Origin: Myxococcota bacterium
GTDB taxonomy: Bacteria; Myxococcota_A; UBA9160; UBA4427
Direction of reading: 5' to 3'
Length of the DNA stretch: 64,000 nt
Assembly: GCA_965250285.1 (NCBI GenBank)
Contig: OZ252299.1
Coordinates: 4,320,001-4,384,000 of the forward strand
This document shows, in pieces, positions 30,011 through 39,505 of the stretch (the first letter of the stretch is position 1; every line of letters begins with the position of its first letter). The translations under genes and the position numbers were made by a program. Below the pieces are notes generated by a model. It was not told the DNA's origin, made no database searches, and was given only the letters and a program-made list of their open reading frames with translations.

Positions 30011-30115
30011 GCAAGGTCCCCCCGACCCGATTTCGACACCACGCAGGCGAAGAAGGTGCCGATGTGCCTGCCTCCGCACGAACGGCGGCGCCGTGTGCGA
30101 GTGCCTTGCCCGGCT

Positions 30116-30868
30116 CTAGTGCCGAAACGCGACCAGGCCGCCGCCATCCATGACGAGCGTCTGGCCCGTGATCCAGCTGCCGCCCTCCGACGCGAGATAC
30201 GTCGCCGCGGCCGCGACGTCCTCGGGCGTGCCCAGACGTTGAAGCGGGTAGCGTCGAATCGCGCGGGCCTCACCCTCGCCCTCCCACAGGGCGCGGGCGA
30301 AGTCGGTCTTGATCAGCCCCGGTGCGATCGCGTTGACGCGCACCTTCGGGCCGAGCTCGGCAGCGAGCTGTTGGGTGAGGTGGATCAGCGCCGCCTTCGT
30401 CACGTCGTAGGTGCCGATCACCGGGCTCGTCGAGAGGGCGCCGACGCTCGCAATGTTGAGGACGACCCCGCCGTGCTCCTGCATCGCCTTCTGCCACGCG
30501 GCCTGGGTCCATAGGAGCGGCGCCGTGAGATTGATCTCGAACGTCTTGTCCCAGCGGGCGCGGTCGATGTCGATCGTCAGCCCGGCATAGGGGCTCGTCG
30601 CGGCGTTGTTCACCAGGATGTCGAGGCCACCGAGGCGCCCGATCGTCGCGTCGATCACCCGGGCCCGGTCTTCGTCGTGACCGATGTGCCCTGGCTCGAA
30701 CTCGACGCCGCCTCCGATCTCACGCGCGGCCTCCTCGCAGCTCTCGGCCTTGCGCGAAGTGATCATCACCCGCGCCCCCGCACCCGCGAACGCAGCAGCA
30801 ATGCCCTTGCCGATGCCCCGCGAGCCGCCGGTCACCAGCGCCACCTTGCCAGAAAGATCGAGCTTCAT
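30116..30868 (-). CDS. SDR family oxidoreductase (DHRS4-like)
   Basis: TGGSRGIG, NNAAT, YDVTK, RVNAIAPGLIKTDF. Confidence 0.95.
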   Translation of the reverse strand: MKLDLSGKVALVTGGSRGIGKGIAAAFAGAGARVMITSRKAESCEEAAREIGGGVEFEPGHIGHDEDRARVIDATIGRLGGLDILVNNAATSPYAGLTIDIDRARWDKTFEINLTAPLLWTQAAWQKAMQEHGGVVLNIASVGALSTSPVIGTYDVTKAALIHLTQQLAAELGPKVRVNAIAPGLIKTDFARALWEGEGEARAIRRYPLQRLGTPEDVAAAATYLASEGGSWITGQTLVMDGGGLVAFRH

Positions 30869-31037
30869 CCCACCTCCTCAGATCTCGGGAGTCTACGCGC
30901 TCTCGTGTCGTGGTGTGGGTGGGTTTGCATGGATCGTCGGACGCAGAACCGCGCGCCGAACGATCCCATCGAGCCGAATCGCGCGAACGGTGCGATCGCT
31001 GCGGGCCGAACGCGCTCCGCGCGGTGCGTCCTGCGGC

Positions 31038-31685
31038 CTAGAGCAGGGGCGAGTACGGCATCGGGAAGAGCCGCATCATGCGCTCGCGCGGCGCCACCTC
31101 GCGCAGCGGGCCGAAGAAGCCCGCCTCCATTGCCGGGTCGGCCGGCGCGTAGGGCAGCTGCCCCGGGTTGCCGCGCCAGAGGTCGATCACGCGGCTCGGA
31201 TCGCCGACGACGTCGCGCCACGACGCGAGGATCGGCAGCTGGGCTGCGCCCATGCCGAGCAGCTTCTTGAAGTCGGCCATCCGGCCGGGCAGGACCTCGA
31301 GGATCGCGAACGTGTACTCGCCCGCCGGCTTCTCGCTGGCCTTCGCAATGCCCGCGTCGAGGCTCTCGGCAGCCACGGGCCCGAGATCTTCGAGCAGCGT
31401 CGTGCCGCGCGTCGGCGCGAGCGCTTCGTCGACGCTGCGCAGGCCGGCGAACTCGCTCCCCTCTTCGACCGATCTACGAGCGCGGTCGAAGGCGGCGAGG
31501 TCTTCGAAGGCCGTCACGTGGGTCACCTGGAAGAACCACTCCTCCGTCGAGAAGAAAGCCGCCTTCAGCTGCCCGCCCTCCGACGCCCAGCCGGGCACCA
31601 GCGTCTTCTCGGCATGCTCGATGAATCGGTCCCGCGTGGCGGGCGAGGCCGGGTGCAGGTCGAAGGTCTGCTTCAGAAAGATCAT
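31038..31685 (-). CDS. NIPSNAP-like dimeric alpha/beta barrel protein
   Basis: Two NIPSNAP-like halves (EVLPGRMADF..), C-terminal PMPYSPL typical of the family. Confidence 0.65.
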   Translation of the reverse strand: MIFLKQTFDLHPASPATRDRFIEHAEKTLVPGWASEGGQLKAAFFSTEEWFFQVTHVTAFEDLAAFDRARRSVEEGSEFAGLRSVDEALAPTRGTTLLEDLGPVAAESLDAGIAKASEKPAGEYTFAILEVLPGRMADFKKLLGMGAAQLPILASWRDVVGDPSRVIDLWRGNPGQLPYAPADPAMEAGFFGPLREVAPRERMMRLFPMPYSPLL

Positions 31686-31918
31686 CGCGTCGTCCTCGGT
31701 GTCGTGTGTCGCTCACGCGGACCGCGCGCGCCGACGAGGGCTCGCCCCTCATCGTGCTCGCCCGCGGGCCGTACACCCAAGGCTAGGAGGCGTCTTCGCT
31801 CGACTCCACCCCCGTTGCCTGCTGGTGGATCGACGGGATGTCGATGAATCGTCTGGACCGTCGAGATGTCGTCTCGCGGCGCTAGATTGAGCGCGATCCG
31901 ACGTGTAAAGGAGCCGCC

Positions 31919-32944
31919 ATGGAAACCAGCGAGACCCGCGACCGCGTCGACCGCGCCCTGGCCCGCATCCACGCCCACGCCGACGAGGACGACCGGGGGT
32001 TCACCAGCCACGCCCCGATGGTGGTCGACGCGCTGGTCGCGCTCGACCGAGCCGACCGCATCGAGCCCTTCCTCGATGCCTACCTGCCGGCCTTCGCCGA
32101 GATCGACCCGGCGCGTGACCCCGTCGAAGCGGCGGCCCGGACCTGGATCGAAGCGCACGGGGCGGCCGATGACTGGGCCACCGTGCTCGACGCCGAGCTG
32201 CGGTCGCTCGCGCCGAGTGTCTTTTCGGCGGCGACGCACGGGCTGATTCGCGCGGCCCACGCCACCCGCATGCTCGCCGAGCACGACAACGCAGTGCGCC
32301 GCCACGAGCTCGCCCGCGCGCTCGCCTACTGGCGCGCCACCGAAGCGAGCCTGCCCGGCGAGCCAGGCTCGGCGGCCGAGCCCGACCTCACCGCCGACCG
32401 ATTGATCGCCGACCTCGTGGTCGTGCCCAACGAACAGCGCAACTTCGGGCTCTTCACCGAGGGCGTGAAGGTACTGCCGGAGCATGCCCCCTTCGGCGAG
32501 ACGGTTTCGCGCCTCGTCGTGCCCGATCGCGTCGACGGCGACGGCGTGTCGGCGCTCACGCGCGCGATGCTCGGTCCCTACTTCGAGAGCCCGCTCCTGC
32601 GGATCGCGTACGTCCATACCATCACCGCGCCCAGCTCGATTCGGCTCGTCGCACCGCACGTATCGCAGACGACGCTGCGCGCGCTGTATCGCTACGGCGT
32701 GCAGTCGGTGGCGGCGCTGCATGCGATCTCGAAGCTGCCGACCGACACGACCGTCGACGACGAGGTGCGTGTGCTCGCCGGCGACGTCGAGGCACTCGCG
32801 AGCCGGGCGGCCGACACCCTCGAGGAGCACGTCATCAAGTTCACCGAGGCGTGCCTGCGCGAACGCGCCGCGAGCGGCGACGCGCGCTTCCTGCTGGCCG
32901 CAGCCGATGCGACGGTGGCGGAGGAGCGACGCGCAGCCGCATGA
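31919..32944 (+). CDS. Questin oxidase family (DUF4243-like) protein
   Basis: FTSHAPM, AATHGLIRAAH, ELARALAYW, VHTITAP, EEHVIKFTEAC. Confidence 0.75.
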   Translation: METSETRDRVDRALARIHAHADEDDRGFTSHAPMVVDALVALDRADRIEPFLDAYLPAFAEIDPARDPVEAAARTWIEAHGAADDWATVLDAELRSLAPSVFSAATHGLIRAAHATRMLAEHDNAVRRHELARALAYWRATEASLPGEPGSAAEPDLTADRLIADLVVVPNEQRNFGLFTEGVKVLPEHAPFGETVSRLVVPDRVDGDGVSALTRAMLGPYFESPLLRIAYVHTITAPSSIRLVAPHVSQTTLRALYRYGVQSVAALHAISKLPTDTTVDDEVRVLAGDVEALASRAADTLEEHVIKFTEACLRERAASGDARFLLAAADATVAEERRAAA

Positions 32945-32963
32945 TGACTCGACGCGCCTCGGG

Positions 32964-34073
32964 TCAGTCGCGCGGAATCTCCGCGACCGGTACGACGCGC
33001 ACGTTCGGCTCGGGATAGCCGTCGGTCAGCACGTAGCGCAGCGCCATCGTGCCGTGGCGGTGACCGGCGGTGTCGATCCAGTTTTCGACGCCGCCCGGAT
33101 CCTCGTGCGCCACGACCAGCCGGAACGATCCGTCTTCGCGGTACTTCGCCTGGCCGCTGTTGACGTGCACGTTGCGGAAGTCGTAGTCGAGGCTCTCGGC
33201 CCAGATGTTGCCCAGCTGGAAGTTCCAGTAGTGGCAGTTCGGCGGCGTCGTCTCGATGACGAGCGCCTCTTCGGGGCCGAGCTCCCAGCGACCGAGGAAC
33301 ATCCGAATGTTGGGGTCGCCGCCCATCACCCGGTGCTTCTCTTCGTCGGGCAGATGGAAGTCGTTCTTCGGCGCCTTCTCGAGGAACTCGGTGACCCAAT
33401 CGGCGAACCAGACCGAGGCGCCGATCGCGTAGAGCGCCCCACCGAGCAGCATGCCGGGTACGCGCTCGGGCTCGAGCGGCGGCGGCGGGCCCTCGCTCTC
33501 GAGGCACTCGATCTCGAGGTCGACCTGCTGCTCGCGCTCGCGGTGCAGGAACGTCTGGCGCACGAGGATCTGTTTGGTCTGATCGGTCATGCGCAGCCAG
33601 TTGCCGTCGTGCTCCTTCGTGCTCGCGATGATCTCGAAGGTGCCGTCGTCGTTCAGCTCGAGCTCGCTCGCGTTCAGATGGCCGGCGCCCCCCGTGATCT
33701 TGTCCTTCGCGGCGAAGTTCTGATTCTGCGCGGCGAAGCTCAGGTAGTGGATCGTGCGGCGATGACCACGAATCCGATACGTGTACTGCGGGCTCACCGA
33801 CGCGCTGACGTAGTAGTTGTCGGGGTTGTCGAGGCCGAGCTTCACGCCCTCGGGCATCTTGCGAAACTTCGGGTTCTCCATGGTCGAGAGCTCACCGAAG
33901 CTGAACAGCCCGGCCCGAAGCAGGCGCGCGAGGTAGCGGTGCCCCTCGCCCCGGTCGAATGCGTCGGTCTCGAGGTCTTCGCGCAGCAACACCTGGCCGG
34001 CCTGCTTGAGCAGATCACAGAACTCGTTCCAGGCCTCGCCGCTCATCACCTTGTCGACTGCTTCGTTGGACAT
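32964..34073 (-). CDS. DUF1214 domain-containing protein
   Basis: GLDNPDNYY, DDGTFEI, YWNFQL.N.W.ESLDY, VAHEDPG..NWIDTAGH; start ATG 34073. Confidence 0.85.
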   Translation of the reverse strand: MSNEAVDKVMSGEAWNEFCDLLKQAGQVLLREDLETDAFDRGEGHRYLARLLRAGLFSFGELSTMENPKFRKMPEGVKLGLDNPDNYYVSASVSPQYTYRIRGHRRTIHYLSFAAQNQNFAAKDKITGGAGHLNASELELNDDGTFEIIASTKEHDGNWLRMTDQTKQILVRQTFLHREREQQVDLEIECLESEGPPPPLEPERVPGMLLGGALYAIGASVWFADWVTEFLEKAPKNDFHLPDEEKHRVMGGDPNIRMFLGRWELGPEEALVIETTPPNCHYWNFQLGNIWAESLDYDFRNVHVNSGQAKYREDGSFRLVVAHEDPGGVENWIDTAGHRHGTMALRYVLTDGYPEPNVRVVPVAEIPRD

Positions 34074-34336
34074 CGGGTTTCTCCGCGCGCATGGCGCCAG
34101 GGGTGAGGCGCTCACGCGCCGGGCCTTCGAGCATCGCGAAAACACTTCGCGCGATCAAACGTGCACATCCGACACGGTGCGCGATTCTGTCGCGTCCCCT
34201 GCCGATCCCGAGCGATCCGCGTCCGCGTTCGGTACCCGAGCCCCCGGCCTGCATGCAGGGCGCACGCTGCGGCGAACCGGGCCGCGGGATGCGCTACTCG
34301 TGCCGATGAGGCGACGCCTTCCAGGAGAAGCAATCC

Positions 34337-34822
34337 ATGTCCGTGACGATCTTGCTCATGATCCTCGCCGTGGTGCTCGTGCTGGTGGGTCTCGGCGGAC
34401 TCATGCTGCCGGCCTTGCCGGGCGCACCGTTCGTCTTCGCCGGCCTCTTCGTCGCCGCCTGGGCCGAGCATTTCGAGTACGTCGGGACCGGCACGCTCGT
34501 CGCGCTCGCGGTGCTGGCCGTGCTGACGTACGCCGCCGACTTCGTCGCGGGCGCATTCGGCGCCAAGAAGTTCGGCGCGTCGAGGAAGGCGATGGTGGGC
34601 GCCATGCTCGGCGCGGTGGGCGGGCTCTTCTTCGGGCTGCCCGGGATCGTGCTGGGGCCCTTCGTCGGCGCGGTGATCGGTGAGTACATGGAGCACCCGG
34701 ACATCTTCAAGGCGGGCCACGCCGGTCTCGGCGCGACGCTCGGCCTGGCTCTCGGCATCGCGGCCAAGATGTCGCTCGCCTTCACGATGATCGGCATCTA
34801 CCTCTTCATGCGCTTCTTCTGA
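34337..34822 (+). CDS. DUF456 family membrane protein
   Basis: LPALPG, GAKKFGAS, GPFVGAVIGE; AGGAG RBS. Confidence 0.9.
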   Translation: MSVTILLMILAVVLVLVGLGGLMLPALPGAPFVFAGLFVAAWAEHFEYVGTGTLVALAVLAVLTYAADFVAGAFGAKKFGASRKAMVGAMLGAVGGLFFGLPGIVLGPFVGAVIGEYMEHPDIFKAGHAGLGATLGLALGIAAKMSLAFTMIGIYLFMRFF

Positions 34823-34859
34823 GACGACGGCGTCGCGCAGAAGGCATTCCAACGACTTG

Positions 34860-34935
34860 TTTTCAATGAACTTTCCGGAAACCGCACGCGATCGCCCAAT
34901 ATTTAGAAACTTTTGATATCTTCTAAACATCGAAT
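34860..34935. promoter_or_regulatory. AT-rich arsR promoter/operator region
   Basis: Sharp AT-rich island with inverted repeat TTTAGAA(34902-34908)-N12-TTCTAAA(34921-34927), just upstream of arsR. Confidence 0.6.
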
Positions 34936-34974
34936 CGACAGCAAGCCAGCTGCGAGACCAGAAAGGAGGCCGCC

Positions 34975-35325
34975 ATGCCCCAGCCCGCCATGCAGAAGCA
35001 GGACGCCCTGGCCGCACTCGCCGCCCTCGCCCACGAGACCCGACTCGACGTGTTTCGGCTGCTCGTGCAGGCGGGACCAGAAGGGCTCGCCGCCGGCGAG
35101 ATCGCCGAGCGGCTGGGGGTTCAGGCGGCCACGCTCAGCCACCACCTGAAGGAGCTCAAGAGCGCTCGGGTGGTGCACTGCCGGCGCGAGGGCCGGTCGT
35201 TGATCTACTCGCCCGACTTCACCGCCATGGGCGATCTCGTCGGTTACCTGAGTGAGAACTGCTGCGCAGAAGGCGGCTGCCATCCAGGCCCCGGCGGCGC
35301 GTCGATCGTCCAAGACCGCGGCTGA
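34975..35325 (+). CDS. arsR: ArsR/SmtB family metalloregulator
   Basis: ALAALAHETRLDVFRLLVQAGPEG, TLSHHLKEL, C-terminal ENCCAEGGC; AGGAGG RBS. Confidence 0.92.
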   Translation: MPQPAMQKQDALAALAALAHETRLDVFRLLVQAGPEGLAAGEIAERLGVQAATLSHHLKELKSARVVHCRREGRSLIYSPDFTAMGDLVGYLSENCCAEGGCHPGPGGASIVQDRG

Positions 35326-35407
35326 TCCGTCGGCTGCTCGGCGCCGAGACCGATCTCGAACGAACCCAAGAACGCAGGACCAAGAACGAAACAGAGGAGA
35401 TACCCAG

Positions 35408-35851
35408 ATGCGACTCCAACTCGCTCTCAACGTGCGCGATCTCGACGAAGCCGTCGGGTTCTATTCGAAGCTCTTCGGCACGTCCCCTAACAAGACGAAG
35501 CCCGGCTACGCCAACTTCGCCATCGAAGAGCCCCCGCTGAAGCTGGTGCTCTTCGAGTCGCCCGACGCCGACGAGCGCCTCAATCACCTCGGCGTCGAGG
35601 TGTTCGAGGATGAGCAGGTCGACGAGGCGACCGAGCGTCTGCGCTCTGCGGGCCTGGCCGACCTCGTCGAAGACGAGACCACCTGCTGCTACGCCAAGGC
35701 GAACAAGGTGTGGGCTCAGGAGCCCCAGGGGCTGCGCTGGGAGTTCTACAAGGTGCTCGAAGACTCGGAGACCTTCGGCCGCGACCCGGAGATTCCCGCG
35801 GACGCCCGAATGGCCGCCGGAGACGGATCGGAGATCGGATGCTGCTCGTAG
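35408..35851 (+). CDS. arsI: ArsI/CadI family C-As lyase-like VOC metalloenzyme
   Basis: MRLQLALNV, FYSKLF, GYANF, LNHLG, TCCYA vicinal Cys, RWEFY, terminal GCCS. Confidence 0.85.
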   Translation: MRLQLALNVRDLDEAVGFYSKLFGTSPNKTKPGYANFAIEEPPLKLVLFESPDADERLNHLGVEVFEDEQVDEATERLRSAGLADLVEDETTCCYAKANKVWAQEPQGLRWEFYKVLEDSETFGRDPEIPADARMAAGDGSEIGCCS

Positions 35852-36147
35852 TCGCTGGCGACGTCGAAATCGATCCGTCGAACCGAGACGCCGCCATCGA
35901 GGCGGCGCGCAAGGTCATGGCCGCGACCCGCGAGGAGCCCGGCTGTCTCGAGTACACGATCTCGGCCGACGTCGACGATCCCGGGCGCTTCGTCATCCTC
36001 GAGCGCTGGGCGTCGCCCGAGGCACTCGAGGCCCACTTCGCGACCCCGCACATGGCCGAGTTCCAGGCGGCCATGGGCGGTCTGGGCGTGCGGCGGGTCG
36101 ACGTGAAGCGCTACGACGTCGCTCAGGAGGGCCCAGTGAGGGGCTGA
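35839..36147 (+). CDS. Putative quinol monooxygenase (ABM domain)
   Basis: TREEPGCLEY, ERW, AHFATPH; overlaps arsI by 13 nt. Confidence 0.88.
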   Translation: MLLVVAGDVEIDPSNRDAAIEAARKVMAATREEPGCLEYTISADVDDPGRFVILERWASPEALEAHFATPHMAEFQAAMGGLGVRRVDVKRYDVAQEGPVRG

Positions 36148-36313
36148 GGCCCCGCTTCTGCTGCCGCCTCCGCGCGCCTCGCCGTCGCGCAGGCCGGGGG
36201 CAGCTCTCGACCTAAGGTCGTGAATCTCCTGCGCCGATAAGAGGACGGCACGGTGCGGCCCCGCTCAGCGGGCCGCGCCCGTGCCCTTCTTCTGATCACG
36301 CGCGAGGGACGAC

Positions 36314-37774
36314 ATGACCTGTACGCCGCGAACCCACGCCGGCTCTCTCCATACCCACACGCTGCGCCTCGTCGCATGGGCGGTCCTCGCGACCGCGATC
36401 GGCTGCGGCGGGGGCGGCGATACCTCGAACCCCGCGAAGCCCCAGCTCGGCGTGAACTCCGACCAGGAAGGCCTGACTTCGTGGGGCCAGGCCCAACGCG
36501 CCCAGGACGATCGCGGCGAGATCGTGCCCGGCTTCGCCAACGCATGGGATCTGGCGCGCGACTTCGCCATCGACACCGGCGGCAACGCGCAGTTCAACGG
36601 CGCGCTCGTGCTCGAAGTCGACGGCACCCCCTTCCCCGCCGATCTGAACTACGACGACCTGCAGTTCATGACGCCGGTCTTCGGCACCGCAGATGGCCTG
36701 GTCGCGGGGGTCGTCTACGACGGCACCATCAGCGGCTTCCCGACGGGCGCGGGCACCTACTCACTCGCGATCGCACCGACGCAGAGCTCACGCATCCAGC
36801 AGAACATCGACCTCAGCAACGCGGTCGCACCGATCACGCTGGCCTTCGCAGCGCTTCCGCTGGTCGAGGAGAGCGCCTTCGCCGACGAAGACGGCTGGGT
36901 CCGGGTTGCGATCAAGAACACGGCCAACACGATCCTCCAGACGGTCTACTACCTCGACAACGACGGCACCGAGATCGGCAGCTTTGCAGCCAACCTCGAC
37001 GCCTACGCGGGTCAGGTCATCCGTCTGGCCGTCGAGGCCCGCTCGACCCCCGATTCGTCGCTGCTCTTCGACGACTTCTCGATTCTCGACAGCGATCTCA
37101 CCGAGTACGTCACGAACGGCGATTTCGAGCGCGGTGATCTGGCCGGTTGGTCTCGCGGCACGCCCGCTTTCGTTCGAAACGTCACGACACCGTCGCGCAC
37201 CGTCGAGGGGCTCGACGTCACGCGATCGTTCTACGCGACGCCGAACTCGGACTGGGCGCGCATGGTCGACGTCTTCACCAACTCGTCGGGCGCTCCGGTC
37301 GATCGCACGATCGGCTACCTCGTGACGCTCGATGCGGGCGGCGAGGGCATCATCTACGGCGCAGACTCGACCGGAACGATCTACCCCTACGACATGGAGA
37401 ACGACGCGGCGCAGGCGGTGAGCGCATGGGACAGCGTCGCAGGCGGCATCCGCAACATCGGTTGGGCCTTCGGCGACGCGGACAACGTCAGCTGGGAATC
37501 GGACGATGCCCTCGGCGTGTCGGGCAACGGCGACGACAACATCCTCGTCGAGTTCGACATCACCGTGCCGGCGGGCGAGAGCGTCGCCCTGGCCCACTTC
37601 GTCGTGCTCGACACGACGAACACCGGCAACACGGCCACCGCTCTCAGCGATCAGTCGCCCTCGGTCGACACCGACCTGCAGGCGATCCTGAATGGCTGGC
37701 CCGCCGACGGCGTCGTCAACACCTACACGAGCGGCCTCACCCAGGGCCAGATCGATGCCGTCGTGAACTTCTGA
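36314..37774 (+). CDS. Uncharacterised secreted lipoprotein, beta-rich
   Basis: Signal ending LATAIGC-GGGG; strong GC3 codon bias; YVTNGDFERGDLAGW (CBM-like opener). Confidence 0.8.
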   Translation: MTCTPRTHAGSLHTHTLRLVAWAVLATAIGCGGGGDTSNPAKPQLGVNSDQEGLTSWGQAQRAQDDRGEIVPGFANAWDLARDFAIDTGGNAQFNGALVLEVDGTPFPADLNYDDLQFMTPVFGTADGLVAGVVYDGTISGFPTGAGTYSLAIAPTQSSRIQQNIDLSNAVAPITLAFAALPLVEESAFADEDGWVRVAIKNTANTILQTVYYLDNDGTEIGSFAANLDAYAGQVIRLAVEARSTPDSSLLFDDFSILDSDLTEYVTNGDFERGDLAGWSRGTPAFVRNVTTPSRTVEGLDVTRSFYATPNSDWARMVDVFTNSSGAPVDRTIGYLVTLDAGGEGIIYGADSTGTIYPYDMENDAAQAVSAWDSVAGGIRNIGWAFGDADNVSWESDDALGVSGNGDDNILVEFDITVPAGESVALAHFVVLDTTNTGNTATALSDQSPSVDTDLQAILNGWPADGVVNTYTSGLTQGQIDAVVNF

Positions 37775-37947
37775 CGGCACGCAGCGAGTGCAGAGCCGGT
37801 GGCGCAGATCACCATCGCGCGCCCAAACGTGACCTGCGACACGCTGCGGTGACGACTCTCGGCGCTTCGGGTCACGGGTGACCTGAAGCGGCCGCTGCGT
37901 CTAGCCGATGCATCGGGGAACGGGCCCGCGGGCCAGGAGGACCCTCG

Positions 37948-38277
37948 ATGAAGACCTTCGAACGCTACCGGCGCCGCATGACGTGCGAGCTCATCGTGGA
38001 GGGCTCGCGTCACGGCGGTCTGATCACCGACCTCTCGGCGAGCGGTCTCTTCGTGCGCACCAAGCACACGTCGCGCGCGGGCGATCGCGTGCGCATCGTG
38101 CTGCACCAGGAAGAAGGCGAGCTCGAGATCGACGCCCGTGTCGTACGCGAGCATCGCATGAGTCGCCACCACACGACCGGCACGCCCAGCGGCATCGGCG
38201 TCAGCATCATGTCGGCGCCCGAGGGCTACTTCCACATGCTCGGGCGGCTCATGAGCGAAACGCGCCCGACCGCCTGA
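37948..38277 (+). CDS. PilZ domain protein
   Basis: ERYRRR, DLSASGLFV, ARVVR, GIGV; AGGAGG RBS. Confidence 0.8.
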   Translation: MKTFERYRRRMTCELIVEGSRHGGLITDLSASGLFVRTKHTSRAGDRVRIVLHQEEGELEIDARVVREHRMSRHHTTGTPSGIGVSIMSAPEGYFHMLGRLMSETRPTA

Positions 38278-38324
38278 CCGCCTGACCCTGCCCGCAGCCC
38301 GGGCGACGTGCCCGGACCGGCTTG

Positions 38325-39449
38325 CTAGGCCGCGCGGTCGACCTCGAGCGGCGCCAGATCGATGCCGTAGAGATCGGCGACGTTCTCGCACAGAATTCCG
38401 CGCCGCTGCTCATCCGTCAGGTGCGCGCCATGCTCGGCGAGCATGTCCTGACTCCACGGCCACGTCGAGTCACTGTGAGGGAAGTCGTTGGCCCAGAGCA
38501 GACGCCGCCAGTTCATCAGGTCGGCGACCTTGAAGGCCACCCAGTCATCCTGGAAGGTCGTGTAGATGTGCTCCGAGAAGTACTCGCTCGGCAGCTTCGA
38601 GAGCGCCTGACCGGCCGGCAGCCAGTTGTGATGCCGCTTGTAGGCGTGATCCATCCGATACATGTAGTGGGGCACCCAGCCGGCATCGGCCTCGACACAT
38701 ACGACCTTCAGGTCGGGATTGCGCTCGAAGACGCCGCCGAGCACGAGCGTCCCCATGATGTCCTGGCAGCCGCGGATGATCGACAGGAACCCGTTCATCG
38801 CCGGTCCGCGCACGGGCGCCGTCTCTCGCGTCGTGAGGATGTGAAACGAGAGTGGCAGCTCGAGCTCGATCGCCTTCTGCCAGAACGGGTCGTAGACCGG
38901 GGAGTGGTAGTCCTCGACCGCCGGGTTGCCCGGCATCATCACGCCGCGCAGCCCGAGATCCTTGATCGCCTGTAGATCGCGGAGGCCATCCTCGACCGAC
39001 CGCATCGCGGTCTGGCCGCAGCCGAGCAGGCGGTCGGGATGCGCCGAGCAGTACTCGGCGATCCAGCGGTTGTACGCCTCGAAGCACGCCTGCTTATAGT
39101 CGAAGTCCTTGTGATTGCAGAGCACCATGCCGACGGTCGGGTAGATGACCTCAGCGGCGACGCCATCGCGCACCTGATCGGCCATGCGCGCCTCCGGGTC
39201 CCAGCCGCCCCGATGCAGATCCTCGAAGTTCGAGCCGGTGACCCGAATCTCCTCGGGCTTCTTGCCTGCGGCGGCGACGAGACCGAGCGGAACGGGCTTG
39301 TCCATGCCGTCGACGACGAAGAAGTCGCCTGCATCGCCGAGCCGTTCGATGCGCGGCGCCTTGTCCTTCCACTTGGCGTCGATGCGACTGGTGTAGGTGT
39401 CACCCGGCTCGGTGATGTGGGAGTCGGCGGAGATGATCGGGTACGACAT
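38325..39449 (-). CDS. Amidohydrolase family protein (Amidohydro_2)
   Basis: ISADSH, YPT, YNRW, SFH, VEADAGW, NDFPHSDSTWP; start ATG 39449. Confidence 0.95.
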   Translation of the reverse strand: MSYPIISADSHITEPGDTYTSRIDAKWKDKAPRIERLGDAGDFFVVDGMDKPVPLGLVAAAGKKPEEIRVTGSNFEDLHRGGWDPEARMADQVRDGVAAEVIYPTVGMVLCNHKDFDYKQACFEAYNRWIAEYCSAHPDRLLGCGQTAMRSVEDGLRDLQAIKDLGLRGVMMPGNPAVEDYHSPVYDPFWQKAIELELPLSFHILTTRETAPVRGPAMNGFLSIIRGCQDIMGTLVLGGVFERNPDLKVVCVEADAGWVPHYMYRMDHAYKRHHNWLPAGQALSKLPSEYFSEHIYTTFQDDWVAFKVADLMNWRRLLWANDFPHSDSTWPWSQDMLAEHGAHLTDEQRRGILCENVADLYGIDLAPLEVDRAA

Positions 39450-39505
39450 GGCGGGCTCCTCGCTGGCGGATCGTTCGGACCGACTGGGGGCGATTGGGGC
39501 CAGTC

